From positions 1,655-65,654 of the forward strand of contig CAIJZX010000014.1 of the NCBI GenBank assembly GCA_903825245.1: a stretch of 64,000 nucleotides of DNA. Direction: 5' to 3'. The translations under genes were made by a program, and so were the position numbers. This DNA is from Candidatus Kerfeldbacteria bacterium (GTDB taxonomy: Bacteria > Patescibacteriota > Patescibacteriia > SBBC01 > CAIJZX01). Below are positions 1-9,742 of the stretch, one piece after another. The notes under the pieces are model-generated. The model was not told the DNA's origin and searched no databases. It worked only from the letters and a program-made list of their open reading frames with translations. Each line of letters opens with the position of its first letter. Position 1 is the first letter of the stretch.

Positions 1-1799
1 CCTGCTCCCGGGCCAATGTCGATGAGATAATCAGCGGCCAGCATCGTGTATTCATCGTGTTCTACAACAATCACAGTATTCCCTAAATCGCGTAAGCGAA
101 TGAGTGTTTCGATCAGCTTATCGTTATCGCGTTGGTGGAGACCGATCGACGGTTCATCCAGAATGTAGACCACACCGACCAGTGACGAACCGATTTGCGT
201 CGCCAGGCGAATACGTTGCGCTTCACCCCCAGCCAAGGTCGAAGCAGCGCGATCAAGTGTCAGATAATCAAGTCCGACATCGCTCAAGAAGGTTAATCGA
301 GCGCGAATTTCTTTCAAAATTTGCTTGGCAATCGTCATGTCGCGCGTGGCTAACTGCTTGATACCGGCGATTTTTTTCTCCCCGGCTAAGGCATCAAAAT
401 ATTCACGCGATTGGGCGATGTTCATCGCCGAAACAACGGCAATACTTTTATCGCCAACGGTTACCGCCAACACTTCCGGACGCAAACGCTTTCCCAAACA
501 TATCGGACAAGCAAAGACACGCATGTAACGCTCAATCTCTGCGCGCATGTATTCCGAATCGGTTTCTTTATAGCGCCGCATCAAGTTCGGAATAACGCCT
601 TCGAATGTGGTCATGTATTGCTTAACCTTGCCTTCGCCGCCGGTATTGTTCACGTCGTACGTTTCATCGCCGGTACCGAAGAGAACAAGATTGAGATGTT
701 TTTCCGACATTTTTTCCACCGGTATGCGCGTGGAAAATCCATGCTCGCGGGCAACCGCTTCCAACACCCGGAAATACCACGTTTGATTAGCGCTGGTACG
801 CGACCACGGTCGGATTGCGCCCTCCGCCAAACTGAGGCGTTTATTTGGAATGACGAGATTTTGATCAATCTCCAGTTTTGTCCCGAGACCAGTACAGTCC
901 GGACAAGCACCGTGCGGATTATTGAAGGAAAAGCTCCGCGGTTCAATCGGCGGCATATTTATATTGTCGTAGGGACAGGAAAAATGTTCCGAGAAGAGCA
1001 TGTCCTCGTTCGTATCCTGGCGATTGATGATTACTAAACCGTTGCCTAAGTCGAGCGCGGTTTCAATCGAATCGTAGAGGCGCGTCTTCTTTTCCTTCGT
1101 TTGCTCTTGATCATCAACGCCGATCGTCATTCGATCAACCACAATTTCGACGTTGTGCTTCTTTTGCTTATCGACATTCAAATCTTCTACTTCTTCGAGT
1201 GGTAGAACGTCCTTATCAAATCGCAAACGAACGAAGCCAGCTTTTCGCGCAGAAGCAACTAAGTGTTTGTGCTCGCCACGTTGATCTCGAATGAGCGGCG
1301 CCAAGACCAACACTTTCGTATTTTTCGGCACCGCTAATACTTGGTTCACAATTTGTTCGATCGTTTGCTTCGTCACTGGCCGGCCGCAGATCGGGCAGTG
1401 CGGTATACCGACGCGAGCGTAGAGCAAACGCAGGTAATCATAAATTTCGGTCACCGTTCCGACTGTCGATCGCGGATTATGCGAGGTGGTCTTTTGGTCG
1501 ATGGAAATAGCCGGCGATAAACCGTCGATTTGATCGACGTCCGGTTTATCCATCAACCCCAAGAACTGCCGCGCATATGCCGATAGCGATTCAACGTATC
1601 GTCGTTGCCCTTCAGCGTAGATGGTATCAAAAGCGAGTGACGATTTTCCAGATCCGGATAGACCTGTCATCACCACTAAGGCGTTGCGCGGGATATCGAC
1701 ATCAACGTTTTTTAGGTTGTGCACGCGCGCCCCACGGACGCGAATGAACTCATGCTGTTGAGTTCCGTTTGTTGTCCGCTTTGCTTTTTCCGAGGCCAT
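1..1799 (-). CDS. uvrA: Excinuclease ABC subunit A, 5' part (runs off window start)
   Basis: Manual translation: [55 protein letters not shown]; later [13 protein letters not shown] and VIVVEHDE. Missing from the ORF track because it has no stop in the window. Confidence 0.97.
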   Translation of the reverse strand, partial: MASEKAKRTTNGTQQHEFIRVRGARVHNLKNVDVDIPRNALVVMTGLSGSGKSSLAFDTIYAEGQRRYVESLSAYARQFLGLMDKPDVDQIDGLSPAISIDQKTTSHNPRSTVGTVTEIYDYLRLLYARVGIPHCPICGRPVTKQTIEQIVNQVLAVPKNTKVLVLAPLIRDQRGEHKHLVASARKAGFVRLRFDKDVLPLEEVEDLNVDKQKKHNVEIVVDRMTIGVDDQEQTKEKKTRLYDSIETALDLGNGLVIINRQDTNEDMLFSEHFSCPYDNINMPPIEPRSFSFNNPHGACPDCTGLGTKLEIDQNLVIPNKRLSLAEGAIRPWSRTSANQTWYFRVLEAVAREHGFSTRIPVEKMSEKHLNLVLFGTGDETYDVNNTGGEGKVKQYMTTFEGVIPNLMRRYKETDSEYMRAEIERYMRVFACPICLGKRLRPEVLAVTVGDKSIAVVSAMNIAQSREYFDALAGEKKIAGIKQLATRDMTIAKQILKEIRARLTFLSDVGLDYLTLDRAASTLAGGEAQRIRLATQIGSSLVGVVYILDEPSIGLHQRDNDKLIETLIRLRDLGNTVIVVEHDEYTMLAADYLIDIGPGA

Positions 1800-1837
1800 A
1801 CTGGTGAAGAAAAAATTGGAAACAAAAGACGCCGCCG

Positions 1838-1866
1838 AGTATACACCCGATGTCAAGACTGGTCAA
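1838..1866 (-). promoter_or_regulatory. sigma70-type promoter of uvrA
   Basis: TTGACC-17nt-TATACT on the minus strand, 38 nt upstream of the uvrA ATG. Confidence 0.7.
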
Positions 1867-1938
1867 TGGGTAACCCTCGGCCGACACACGACACACAAAA
1901 TTCGCCAAGAAAACGGCAGATTGTGCTACACTTCACAT

Positions 1939-3351
1939 ATGGATCAGCATCGTAGCTATCAGCTCTGGATAAAGGAGCAAGAAACAATGAAAGAGCTCAA
2001 AGCGGCGCGCCCCGAGCTCTTTGAATATGCCGGTGCTTTCACTCATCACGATATTCTCCAATTCATCGGCATTACAAGTATTCCGCCGAATCTGCCCGAC
2101 GGCTACATTCGTTTTCGTCCGGAAGATTTTATCGTTGAAGAAATTGATCCCCAACAGCACGTCCACACGATAGATCTATCGAGTACGACTCCTGTCCAGC
2201 AGGAAGACCAACGCACGCTGTTCTGTGACATGATAAAAATCGGTATTGCCACCCCAGCCGCCTTAGATCGAGTAGCGAATGCGTTTCATCTGGAACCACG
2301 ATTTATTGGTAGTGCTGGGTTAAAAGATGCCGGAGCGATCACCTGCCAACGCATCAGTATCCGCGGTGTCACCATCGAACAGGCGCAAGCAACGGCAATT
2401 GAAAGCATTGTTCTAAAAAATTTCTCCTATGGATCCGGCGCAATCGCTCCCGGCCAACTCGGCGGGAATAGATTTACTCTAACGATCCGAACCGCGTCAC
2501 CCTACAACCAACAACTCCTTGATGAGCAAGTTCGCGAGCTCTCGAAGGGTGTCATGAATTTCTACGGCACCCAACGATTCGGCCATCGTTTTCTCGCCCA
2601 TCATTTCGGTCGCCTACTTTTCCAGGGACATTATGAAACCGTCGTTTCTGATTTTCTCACCTCAACAAACGCTACCGAGCGACGATTTCGATCGGAGATT
2701 CGTGGCCGAGTAAAAGCCTGTTACGGCCAATGGGACGAGGCGGAAAAAATATTCGCCGAATTACCGTATACCTTTCAAAATGAGCTTCGTGCTGTGCGAT
2801 TTCTCAAAGACCATCCGACTGATTGGATCGGGGCAATGATGGCAATTCAAGATCAAACACGAATGTGGATTTATTCATATACGAGTTGGTTAACAAACAT
2901 GTTACTTTCCACATACGCCCTGAAGAAGCAACCGCCGCCAGCGACAATTCCAATTCCTATGAGTCCGGTGGCTACCGATATGGAACCATATCGTCAGTGG
3001 CTTGAACAAGATACTATCCCGAATGATTTTCTCCAGAAACTTCGTCCGTTCGCATTTCTCCGTCCAGGATCGCGCCAACTGCAAAGCGTTATCGTTCCAA
3101 ATTTCCATACGGCCATAGCACACGACCTCGGCGCTTTGTTATCGTTTGATTTACGTCCAGGCGCATATGCCACCACGGTATTAATCAATCTTTTTACGCT
3201 CCACTCAGGACAACCAGCGCCGTCGTGGGTAAAAGATTTACCGATTGACGCACCGAAAATCCTCGGTACTGGGTCGGTCGATGAACTTCGCACGACGTAC
3301 GAAAAGTTTTTTATGAAGAAAACTGTTTCTGAGGTTGAGCTAGAAGCATAA
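1939..3351 (+). CDS. truD: tRNA pseudouridine(13) synthase TruD
   Basis: PEDFIVEE, GLKDAGAITCQRIS, GNRFTL, NFYGTQRFG, GAYAT motifs. ATG 1939 preferred to GTG 1804 because TG-n-TACACT lies 6 nt before it and the uvrA promoter occupies 1838-1866. Confidence 0.9.
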   Translation: MDQHRSYQLWIKEQETMKELKAARPELFEYAGAFTHHDILQFIGITSIPPNLPDGYIRFRPEDFIVEEIDPQQHVHTIDLSSTTPVQQEDQRTLFCDMIKIGIATPAALDRVANAFHLEPRFIGSAGLKDAGAITCQRISIRGVTIEQAQATAIESIVLKNFSYGSGAIAPGQLGGNRFTLTIRTASPYNQQLLDEQVRELSKGVMNFYGTQRFGHRFLAHHFGRLLFQGHYETVVSDFLTSTNATERRFRSEIRGRVKACYGQWDEAEKIFAELPYTFQNELRAVRFLKDHPTDWIGAMMAIQDQTRMWIYSYTSWLTNMLLSTYALKKQPPPATIPIPMSPVATDMEPYRQWLEQDTIPNDFLQKLRPFAFLRPGSRQLQSVIVPNFHTAIAHDLGALLSFDLRPGAYATTVLINLFTLHSGQPAPSWVKDLPIDAPKILGTGSVDELRTTYEKFFMKKTVSEVELEA

Positions 3352-3408
3352 ATGAAAAAGAGCCAGGTGCTTGCGCAGAGCTGGCTCTCGGAAAAGGACG
3401 AACTGCTA

Positions 3409-3975
3409 CTAGGCGTTGGTCGAGACCGGGGTCTCGACGAACTCCATCTCCAGGGTCTCGGTGCCGTCGGGCACGAGCTTCATCCGGCCCGACAGGTTGA
3501 CCGTGACGTTCGGCACGTCTTCGGGACGACGGGTGCGCATGTTCTGCCACACGGTCACGCCACCGAAGCAGGCGTTGAAGAACTCGCGACCGAGCATGAT
3601 CGACTCGTCGGTCAGGAGCGGACGACGTTCGCCGCCCTTGACCATGATCATCTCGGTGACCATGCGCTGCTGCCCCGGCTTGCCGGGCTTGGCTTCGGAC
3701 CGCTTGTGGACCGCGACGATGACCCAGCCCTGCTGTTCGAGCTTCTCGACGAAGCCGACGAGCGACAGGCGCTCGTCCTCGACGACGGGCTTGCCCGTGT
3801 CCAGAACGCCGTAGCGGATGTCGCCGACCTTGACGCCGACGATCTCCGCCTGCTTGGCAATCTCCATCGGCGACGGCATCGAACGCGGGTCGAACTCGTG
3901 CAGACCTTCGGGGTTGTAACCGTATGCCTTGAGACGCATGACCTGCACGGCATCGAAAATCTTGACCGGGTTCAT
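3409..3975 (-). CDS. Hypothetical protein with GC-rich codon usage (188 aa)
   Basis: ORF with AAGGAGG RBS, own promoter upstream and an AGAGCCAG/CTGGCTCT hairpin downstream; no family recognised. Confidence 0.7.
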   Translation of the reverse strand: MNPVKIFDAVQVMRLKAYGYNPEGLHEFDPRSMPSPMEIAKQAEIVGVKVGDIRYGVLDTGKPVVEDERLSLVGFVEKLEQQGWVIVAVHKRSEAKPGKPGQQRMVTEMIMVKGGERRPLLTDESIMLGREFFNACFGGVTVWQNMRTRRPEDVPNVTVNLSGRMKLVPDGTETLEMEFVETPVSTNA

Positions 3976-4087
3976 CGAAGCCTCCTTCGTAGAGGTGTGC
4001 TACGTGGCACCGACAATCAACTGTCGGCGTTGCTGCGGGAAAAAACCCTAGAAATGTTTTGATGAGCTACCAATTGCTCGACCGAGC

Positions 4088-4116
4088 AGAATATCACGGC
4101 CATGCCAAAAAGTCAA
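4088..4116 (-). promoter_or_regulatory. sigma70-type promoter for the 3409-3975 orphan
   Basis: TTGACT-17nt-TATTCT on the minus strand. Confidence 0.6.
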
Positions 4117-4299
4117 GACCCATGGCAGAGCATTCCGCTAATCTTAGCCCCGTTAGAGGTATTTTGATGTTGTTTTTCATCAATTTCCTGCTTTTTTCAT
4201 ACAAAATATTACTTTCGTCTTGCATCATAATTCTCGTCACCTCTAACGGGGTTAGCCATCAAATTTTCGTAACCCCAGACATGTTATACTCTACAAATC

Positions 4300-6111
4300 A
4301 TGGCCGATAATCTCAAAATTGCGTTTAGCCTACCGAAAAAACCCGGCGTCTATCTCTACCACAACGACGAGGACGTTGTGATCTATGTCGGCAAAGCGAT
4401 CAACCTCCGATCGCGGGTTTCGTCATACTTCCGAAAATCGGCCAACCTCCCGCTGGCGAAGCAACTGATGGTCGAACAAATCACCCGCATCGAACACATT
4501 ATTGTTCGTTCGGAAACTGAGGCGCTCCTTCTCGAATCGACGTTAATAAAAAAATATCGTCCGAAATATAATGTTCTGCTCAAGGACGATAAGTTTTTTC
4601 AATACATCAAGATTCACCTCAAGGATCGTTTTCCACAAGTCGAAACCGTGCGCAAAGTCACGATCGACGGTAGTCGCTATTTCGGTCCGTATACCTCCGG
4701 ACTTGCCGTTCGACAAACGATGCGCTTACTGAAACGTTTGTTCCCCTATAAAAGTTGTAATAATGACATAAGCGTTCCCTGTTTTGATTACCAGCTCGGT
4801 CGCTGTCTCGGCCATGACGTTGATCCCAGCAACGAACAGCGGTACCGCGAGGTGATAAAAAAACTCATTACCTTTCTCGAGGGCAACACCGGCACCGTGC
4901 TGACGGAATTGAAAAAAGATATGAAGGTTGCGGCGGCGCGACGTGATTTTGAGAGCGCGGCGCTGTATCGCGATCGCCTCCACGCCTTGCGACACATTAT
5001 CGAACAGCAGACGGTGATCACGCCGCGCCGCGATTCGTTTGATGTTCTCGCCCTCGCCAGGCGCGACGACCTTGCGGCAGTGAATTTATTTCAGGTACGC
5101 CAAGGCAAACTCGTGCAACGCGACCAGTTTATGCTCCAGCACGTCCGCGAACAAAGTGACAGCGATGTTCTGGTGGCGTTCATCGAACAGTACTACAGTC
5201 AATCGACGGTTCATCCGCGGCTCATTATTACACCAGTAACGTTGCCAACCGACAGCGGCAACGGCTTGCAACTCAACATCGTTCGCGCTCAGCGCGGATT
5301 AAAGAAAAAATTAGTCAGCATGGGTACGGAAAACGCCGAAGATTATTTGCGGCGCGAACAGGAACGGTGGATGACGGAAGAATCGAAAGCAAAACTCGGA
5401 CTTGAGGAATTAGCGCGCGCGTTGCGATTAGATGAACCGCCGAAAAGGATTGAAATGTACGATATTTCGCATTTCCAGAGTACCAACGTCGTCGGTTCGA
5501 TGGTGGTGTTCGAAAACGGCCTACCAAAAAAATCTGATTACCGAAAATTCACTATTCGCGACACCACGATTCCTGACGATCAACACCGATTAGCCGAGGT
5601 GGTACGACGAAGATTTAGCCACCACACTCATAATGAAGATGAATCGGCCCCCTCCTCAGCGAGGAGGGGTGTAGGGGTGGTCAACGACGCATGGCCCACG
5701 CCCGACCTTCTCCTCCTCGACGGCGGCAAAGGCCAACTCTCTGTCGTCACGAAGAATGTGCCGGGATTACTGCAACATATTCGCGTCGCCGCATTAGCTA
5801 AGGAAAATGAAGAGCTCTTTGTGCCCGGAAAATCATCGCCGATTCGCCTACCGGAAGGATCACAGGAGCTTTTTCTCATCCAACGGATTCGCGATGAAGC
5901 CCATCGATTTGCTATCGGCTTCTATCGGAAAAAACATCGTCGCGAAACAACGAAATCAATTCTCGATGAAATCCCCGGCCTCGGTGCGAAGCAACGACAG
6001 GCTCTCCTCAAAACATTCGGTACGCTCGATGGTATTCGCACGGCTGATGAAGAGCAGATTGCAGAAATTGTCGGAGGTCGATTGGCCAAAACGATTCTAG
6101 CGAGAATATAA
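4300..6111 (+). CDS. uvrC: Excinuclease ABC subunit C
   Basis: N-terminal GIY-YIG (PGVYLY...YVGKAINLRSRV), RIEMYDISH, PDLLLLDGGKGQL, RIRDEAHRFAI, C-terminal HhH. Confidence 0.97.
   Translation: MADNLKIAFSLPKKPGVYLYHNDEDVVIYVGKAINLRSRVSSYFRKSANLPLAKQLMVEQITRIEHIIVRSETEALLLESTLIKKYRPKYNVLLKDDKFFQYIKIHLKDRFPQVETVRKVTIDGSRYFGPYTSGLAVRQTMRLLKRLFPYKSCNNDISVPCFDYQLGRCLGHDVDPSNEQRYREVIKKLITFLEGNTGTVLTELKKDMKVAAARRDFESAALYRDRLHALRHIIEQQTVITPRRDSFDVLALARRDDLAAVNLFQVRQGKLVQRDQFMLQHVREQSDSDVLVAFIEQYYSQSTVHPRLIITPVTLPTDSGNGLQLNIVRAQRGLKKKLVSMGTENAEDYLRREQERWMTEESKAKLGLEELARALRLDEPPKRIEMYDISHFQSTNVVGSMVVFENGLPKKSDYRKFTIRDTTIPDDQHRLAEVVRRRFSHHTHNEDESAPSSARRGVGVVNDAWPTPDLLLLDGGKGQLSVVTKNVPGLLQHIRVAALAKENEELFVPGKSSPIRLPEGSQELFLIQRIRDEAHRFAIGFYRKKHRRETTKSILDEIPGLGAKQRQALLKTFGTLDGIRTADEEQIAEIVGGRLAKTILARI
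5644..5681 (+). repeat. REP-like palindromic element inside uvrC, in frame
   Basis: TCGGCCCCCTCCTCAGCGAGGAGGGGTGTAGGGGTGGT matches intergenic copies at 27292, 32706 and 32767. Confidence 0.8.
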
Positions 6112-6120
6112 AAAACTGCC

Positions 6121-6309
6121 CTATGTCATCTGGTACGGTGGGGCATCAGAAGAATATGACGGTGGGATCTGGTAGTCCGGATCAAGCGGTGGATACGGAG
6201 TCGCATCGACGGTGTGATGAACATGGAGGTGCACACCCAGCCAAAGAACAATGTAGAATAGCCAGAACACGCACCAGATATCGAGACGATCGCCATGGGT
6301 GCCACGCAT
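6121..6309 (-). CDS. Small hypothetical membrane protein (62 aa)
   Basis: AGGAG RBS, one hydrophobic segment (IWCVFWLFYIVLWLGV), Pro-rich tail. Confidence 0.45.
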   Translation of the reverse strand: MRGTHGDRLDIWCVFWLFYIVLWLGVHLHVHHTVDATPYPPLDPDYQIPPSYSSDAPPYQMT

Positions 6310-6451
6310 GTGATGTCTCCTGTTGAAGGTACTGTCGTGGTGCATAGCGTCCCACAAGTAAAAACTTTCCACATCGTTACAGGGCTTAAGTAACTCGGGT
6401 TGACGGATAGTGATCGACATGGTACAGTAGCACAGCAATAATTTTTTCCAT

Positions 6452-6679
6452 ATGCCCACTTGGTTGAAACACATCCTGCCTGCCGTTCAAATCGGCTTGT
6501 CTGTCGTCGTCATTATTCTCATTCTCGTCCAAAGTAAAGGTTCTGGACTTTCCGGTGTTTTCGGCGGTGAGGGAAATGTCTACCAAACAAAGCGCGGCGC
6601 AGAAAAAGTTATCTTCATCGCCACCATTGTTTTCCTCATTCTCTTCTTCGGAGTGGCCTTTTTGAATGCCTACCGATAA
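6452..6679 (+). CDS. secG: Preprotein translocase subunit SecG
   Basis: Two TM segments around LVQSKGSGLSGVFGG...TKRGAEK. Confidence 0.93.
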   Translation: MPTWLKHILPAVQIGLSVVVIILILVQSKGSGLSGVFGGEGNVYQTKRGAEKVIFIATIVFLILFFGVAFLNAYR

Positions 6680-8480
6680 TCTACAACCCCCGCAGCAGCG
6701 GTGGTTCACGCGTCTCCTCAAACGACGGCAACCGAAGACCGCTTCGGCTACATTAGCGCACAATGATGACCGCGCCTTGGTATTAAGTTTGTCGCCAAAA
6801 CGTATTCCGTCACGAAAGCAGCTTCAGTATTTACCGCGGGTATTAACCACACGAGACCGTAACTGGATTCGTTCCTGCGTCATACTGATTATTGCTAGTA
6901 TCCTGACGCTAATCGGTCACACAATATACAAACACGTGGTTATTATTCCTGCCGATGGCGGAACGCTGAATGAAGGCATCGTCGGTACACCACAGTATAT
7001 CAATCCGGTTCTCGCCCGCCCATATACAGCTGATGCGGAATTAACACATCTCGTGTTTCGTGGATTGATGAAAGTGAATGACCAGCTAGCCGTCGTGCCA
7101 GACTTGGTTTCATCCTTAACGGTCAGCGCTGACGGCAAAGTTTACACCGCCATCCTCCGTTCAAATATGCAATGGTCAGACGGAACAGCGCTTACCGCTG
7201 ACGATGTGCAATATACCTACGAGACCATTGCCGATGCTTCCTACCAAAGTCCATTACTGAGTGTCTTTAAAAATGTAAAAGTCACCACGACCGACAAACA
7301 CACGGTCGTCTTCACGTTACCGGCTCCATTATCATCATTTCCGGCATCATTAACACTTGGCATTTTGCCGAAACAAGATTGGCAGGATCAAAGTGCCCAA
7401 GCCTTTCCCCTCGCCGAACTGAACGTTAAGCCGATTGGTAACGGCCCGTACAAATTCCAAAGCGTCACTAAGGACCGCAATGGCAATATTAAGGCCTATA
7501 CCTTCACACGTAACAAATATTACAACGGTGCAAAACCGCACATTGCCAAAATTACTGTTAAGGTTTATTCCGATGAAGCAAGCGCGGTCGATGCCTTAAA
7601 ATCAGATGCCGTTGATTCACTCGGTGGAATTGATTCAACATCGATAGCGGCAGTAAAAAAGTATCGCCAAATTTCCACCTTCGACCTCTCACAATTAACC
7701 GGCGTCTTCTTTAACCAAAAAACCAGCATCATCCTCAAAGCCGCAGAGGTGCGGCAAGCGTTAGCCATGACCGTCGACCGCGCGGCGCTCATCAAAACCT
7801 CCGACAACAATGTTGGCGCGCCGGCGAACGGGCCGCTTCTCTCGGGTCAACCTGGATTCAGTACGCTGGCGCGACATATCGACCTCAATGTGGCACAAGC
7901 CACAGCGCTTCTCGATCAAAATGGTTGGAAGGTCGGCACCACCGGCATTCGCCAAAAAGGCGGCCGTGATCTCGCGTTTACCTTAACCACCGTCAACGAC
8001 CCAAGTTACGTCGCCATGGCACAGGCGTTGGCCAAGTCGTGGCTCGCTATCGGTGCGAAAGTCGATGTTAAAACGGTCGATGTCGATCGCATCATGAAAG
8101 ACGCAATCCAACCCCGCCAATACGACGCCTTGCTGTACGGCGAACTAACCGACGCCGCGGCCGACATGTATCCGCTGTGGGATTCATCGCAGCAGCAAGA
8201 TCCAGGATTTGCTTTAGCGATCGCGACGCTGAAAAATGCTGATACCGATCTCGAAAAAGCCCGCGCCACCACCGACCCGAATGCCTATGCGGCCGACCTC
8301 CTCGATTTCCAAAATATTTTCGCCGACAGCGTCCCCGCTATTATCATCAGCCAAACGCAATACGTCTACGCCCACGAAAAAAATCTCCGCGGGTTCACCA
8401 CCGATCGGTTGGTAGCGCCGATGAACCGCTTTGACGATATTTCGAGTTGGTACACGAACACCACCTGGAGCTGGAAATAG
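6666..8480 (+). CDS. Peptide ABC transporter substrate-binding protein (family 5)
   Basis: N-terminal TM, EGIVGTPQYINPVLA, WSDGTALTADDVQYT, PIGNGPYKF. Confidence 0.88.
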   Translation: MPTDNLQPPQQRWFTRLLKRRQPKTASATLAHNDDRALVLSLSPKRIPSRKQLQYLPRVLTTRDRNWIRSCVILIIASILTLIGHTIYKHVVIIPADGGTLNEGIVGTPQYINPVLARPYTADAELTHLVFRGLMKVNDQLAVVPDLVSSLTVSADGKVYTAILRSNMQWSDGTALTADDVQYTYETIADASYQSPLLSVFKNVKVTTTDKHTVVFTLPAPLSSFPASLTLGILPKQDWQDQSAQAFPLAELNVKPIGNGPYKFQSVTKDRNGNIKAYTFTRNKYYNGAKPHIAKITVKVYSDEASAVDALKSDAVDSLGGIDSTSIAAVKKYRQISTFDLSQLTGVFFNQKTSIILKAAEVRQALAMTVDRAALIKTSDNNVGAPANGPLLSGQPGFSTLARHIDLNVAQATALLDQNGWKVGTTGIRQKGGRDLAFTLTTVNDPSYVAMAQALAKSWLAIGAKVDVKTVDVDRIMKDAIQPRQYDALLYGELTDAAADMYPLWDSSQQQDPGFALAIATLKNADTDLEKARATTDPNAYAADLLDFQNIFADSVPAIIISQTQYVYAHEKNLRGFTTDRLVAPMNRFDDISSWYTNTTWSWK

Positions 8481-8530
8481 TTCCATCTTTGTAGTAAGAT
8501 ACGTTTCTCAAATAAATGTGACGAACTGAA

Positions 8531-8572
8531 GGACACGTGGCGCCTGCCTGCCGGCAGGGAATTGGCATACGC
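8531..8572 (+). pseudogene. 5' fragment of tRNA-Leu interrupted by a CCTGCCTGCCGGCAGG palindrome
   Basis: GGACACGTGGCG[16 nt insert, 8543-8558]GAATTGGCATACGC; without the insert it matches the first 26 nt of the tRNA at 8906 at 25 positions. Confidence 0.8.
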
Positions 8573-8583
8573 ACACAACATCA

Positions 8584-8835
8584 ATGTTCTACGTATACGC
8601 AATAAGTAGCCAGAAAAGAAAATATATCTACGTCGGACTGACCATCGACCTGGTTCGTCGTCTCCACGAGCACAACCATGGTTTTGTACATACAACAAGA
8701 TCGTATGCACCCTTTGACATGCTACTTATTGAAACGCTTCCTAACAGAATTCTTGCCCGACAACGAGAAAAGTTTTGGAAAACTGGGCGTGGGAAGGAAA
8801 TCCTTCGAACCCGAAAAATTCTTAACATCAAATAA
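8584..8835 (+). CDS. Small stand-alone GIY-YIG nuclease family protein
   Basis: MFYVYAISS...YIYVGLTIDLVRRLHEHN...ARQREKFWKTGRG. Confidence 0.9.
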   Translation: MFYVYAISSQKRKYIYVGLTIDLVRRLHEHNHGFVHTTRSYAPFDMLLIETLPNRILARQREKFWKTGRGKEILRTRKILNIK

Positions 8836-8854
8836 GGGTCAACTTCATCGCGGC

Positions 8855-8883
8855 TTGCATATTTAGTCGAAAAAACGTAGTAT
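8855..8883 (+). promoter_or_regulatory. Promoter of tRNA-Leu
   Basis: TTGCAT-17nt-TAGTAT. Confidence 0.6.
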
Positions 8884-8905
8884 CTCGTAGTTGGTAAATC
8901 AATTT

Positions 8906-8992
8906 GGGCACGTGGCGGAATTGGCATACGCGCTAGCTTCAGGAGCTAGTGGTCGCAAGACCATGAGGGTTCAACTCCCTCCGTGCCCACCA
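8906..8992 (+). tRNA. tRNA-Leu(CAG)
   Basis: Acceptor GGGCACG/CGTGCCC, anticodon arm CTAGC-TTCAGGA-GCTAG, long variable arm, GGTTCAACTCC T-arm, encoded CCA. Confidence 0.96.
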
Positions 8993-9001
8993 AAAATAAG
9001 T

Positions 9002-9041
9002 GACTCCTCCCTGCCTACCAGCAGGCAGGTCTCGCCCACCA
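9002..9041 (+). repeat. tRNA 3'-end-like fragment interrupted by a CCTGCCTACCAGCAGGCAGG palindrome
   Basis: GACTCCTC[20 nt insert, 9010-9029]TCTCGCCCACCA; the flanks resemble a T-arm half plus acceptor strand plus ACCA. Confidence 0.65.
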
Positions 9042-9074
9042 TCTGTTCAGATTTTTCTTTCTACTGTGGTCGAC

Positions 9075-9677
9075 ATGCTCGGTAAGAATTTCAACACATC
9101 GGATATAACATCCCTCGTTTTTGATTTCGGCGGTGTGCTATTCCCCACTGAACCCTACAGCGGCGGTGAAACATCGCCCGACGATCGGAAGAAAATAACC
9201 GGCGCCGTCAAATCAATCTATAAAGATTTCGGCGCGGATATTAGCCGCAGCGCCTTTTCCGTTCCTCAATTTCGACAAGAATTTACGAATCGCGTGGCTG
9301 GACTATCGCCAACTCGAATCAATATCGTCCTGCAAAGTATTTGCGAACCTGATATTGATGTCATAGAATTTCTACAAACAGCGCACGCCAAATACTCACT
9401 CTATGGCCTCGTCAACGCGCCACTCGGCTGGACAGAAATACGGCGAGGATTGCACCATCTCGATGAGTTTTTTCAGCGCATTGTCGTCTCGCACGAAATC
9501 AATGTGAGAAAACCCGATCCAAAAATATTCGAGTATTTCGTGGAGTCAACAAAGTGCGCGCCATCAACAACAGTATTTATCGACGATAAAGAGCAAAATT
9601 GTGTCGTTGCACGACAGTTGGGTTTTCAAATCCTTCACTTCACAAAACCTGACAATCTTTTCGGGTTGCTAAAATAG
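9075..9677 (+). CDS. HAD-superfamily hydrolase (YihX-like)
   Basis: FDFGGVLF, RKPDPKIF, FIDDKEQN motifs. Confidence 0.88.
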   Translation: MLGKNFNTSDITSLVFDFGGVLFPTEPYSGGETSPDDRKKITGAVKSIYKDFGADISRSAFSVPQFRQEFTNRVAGLSPTRINIVLQSICEPDIDVIEFLQTAHAKYSLYGLVNAPLGWTEIRRGLHHLDEFFQRIVVSHEINVRKPDPKIFEYFVESTKCAPSTTVFIDDKEQNCVVARQLGFQILHFTKPDNLFGLLK

Positions 9678-9742
9678 CGTTTCTTTAGGAAAAATAAAAA
9701 CCGGAGTCGCTTAGGCTCCGGGGGTTGAAACGTGGTTGACGA

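Noticed and set aside
1804-1938. N-terminal extension of TruD abutting the uvrA start
   Set aside because: The region holds the divergent promoters; ATG 1939 is the more plausible start.
3352-4062. Plus-strand 236 aa ORF and overlapping ORFs
   Set aside because: Antisense shadows of the GC-rich minus-strand gene, which has the RBS and promoter.
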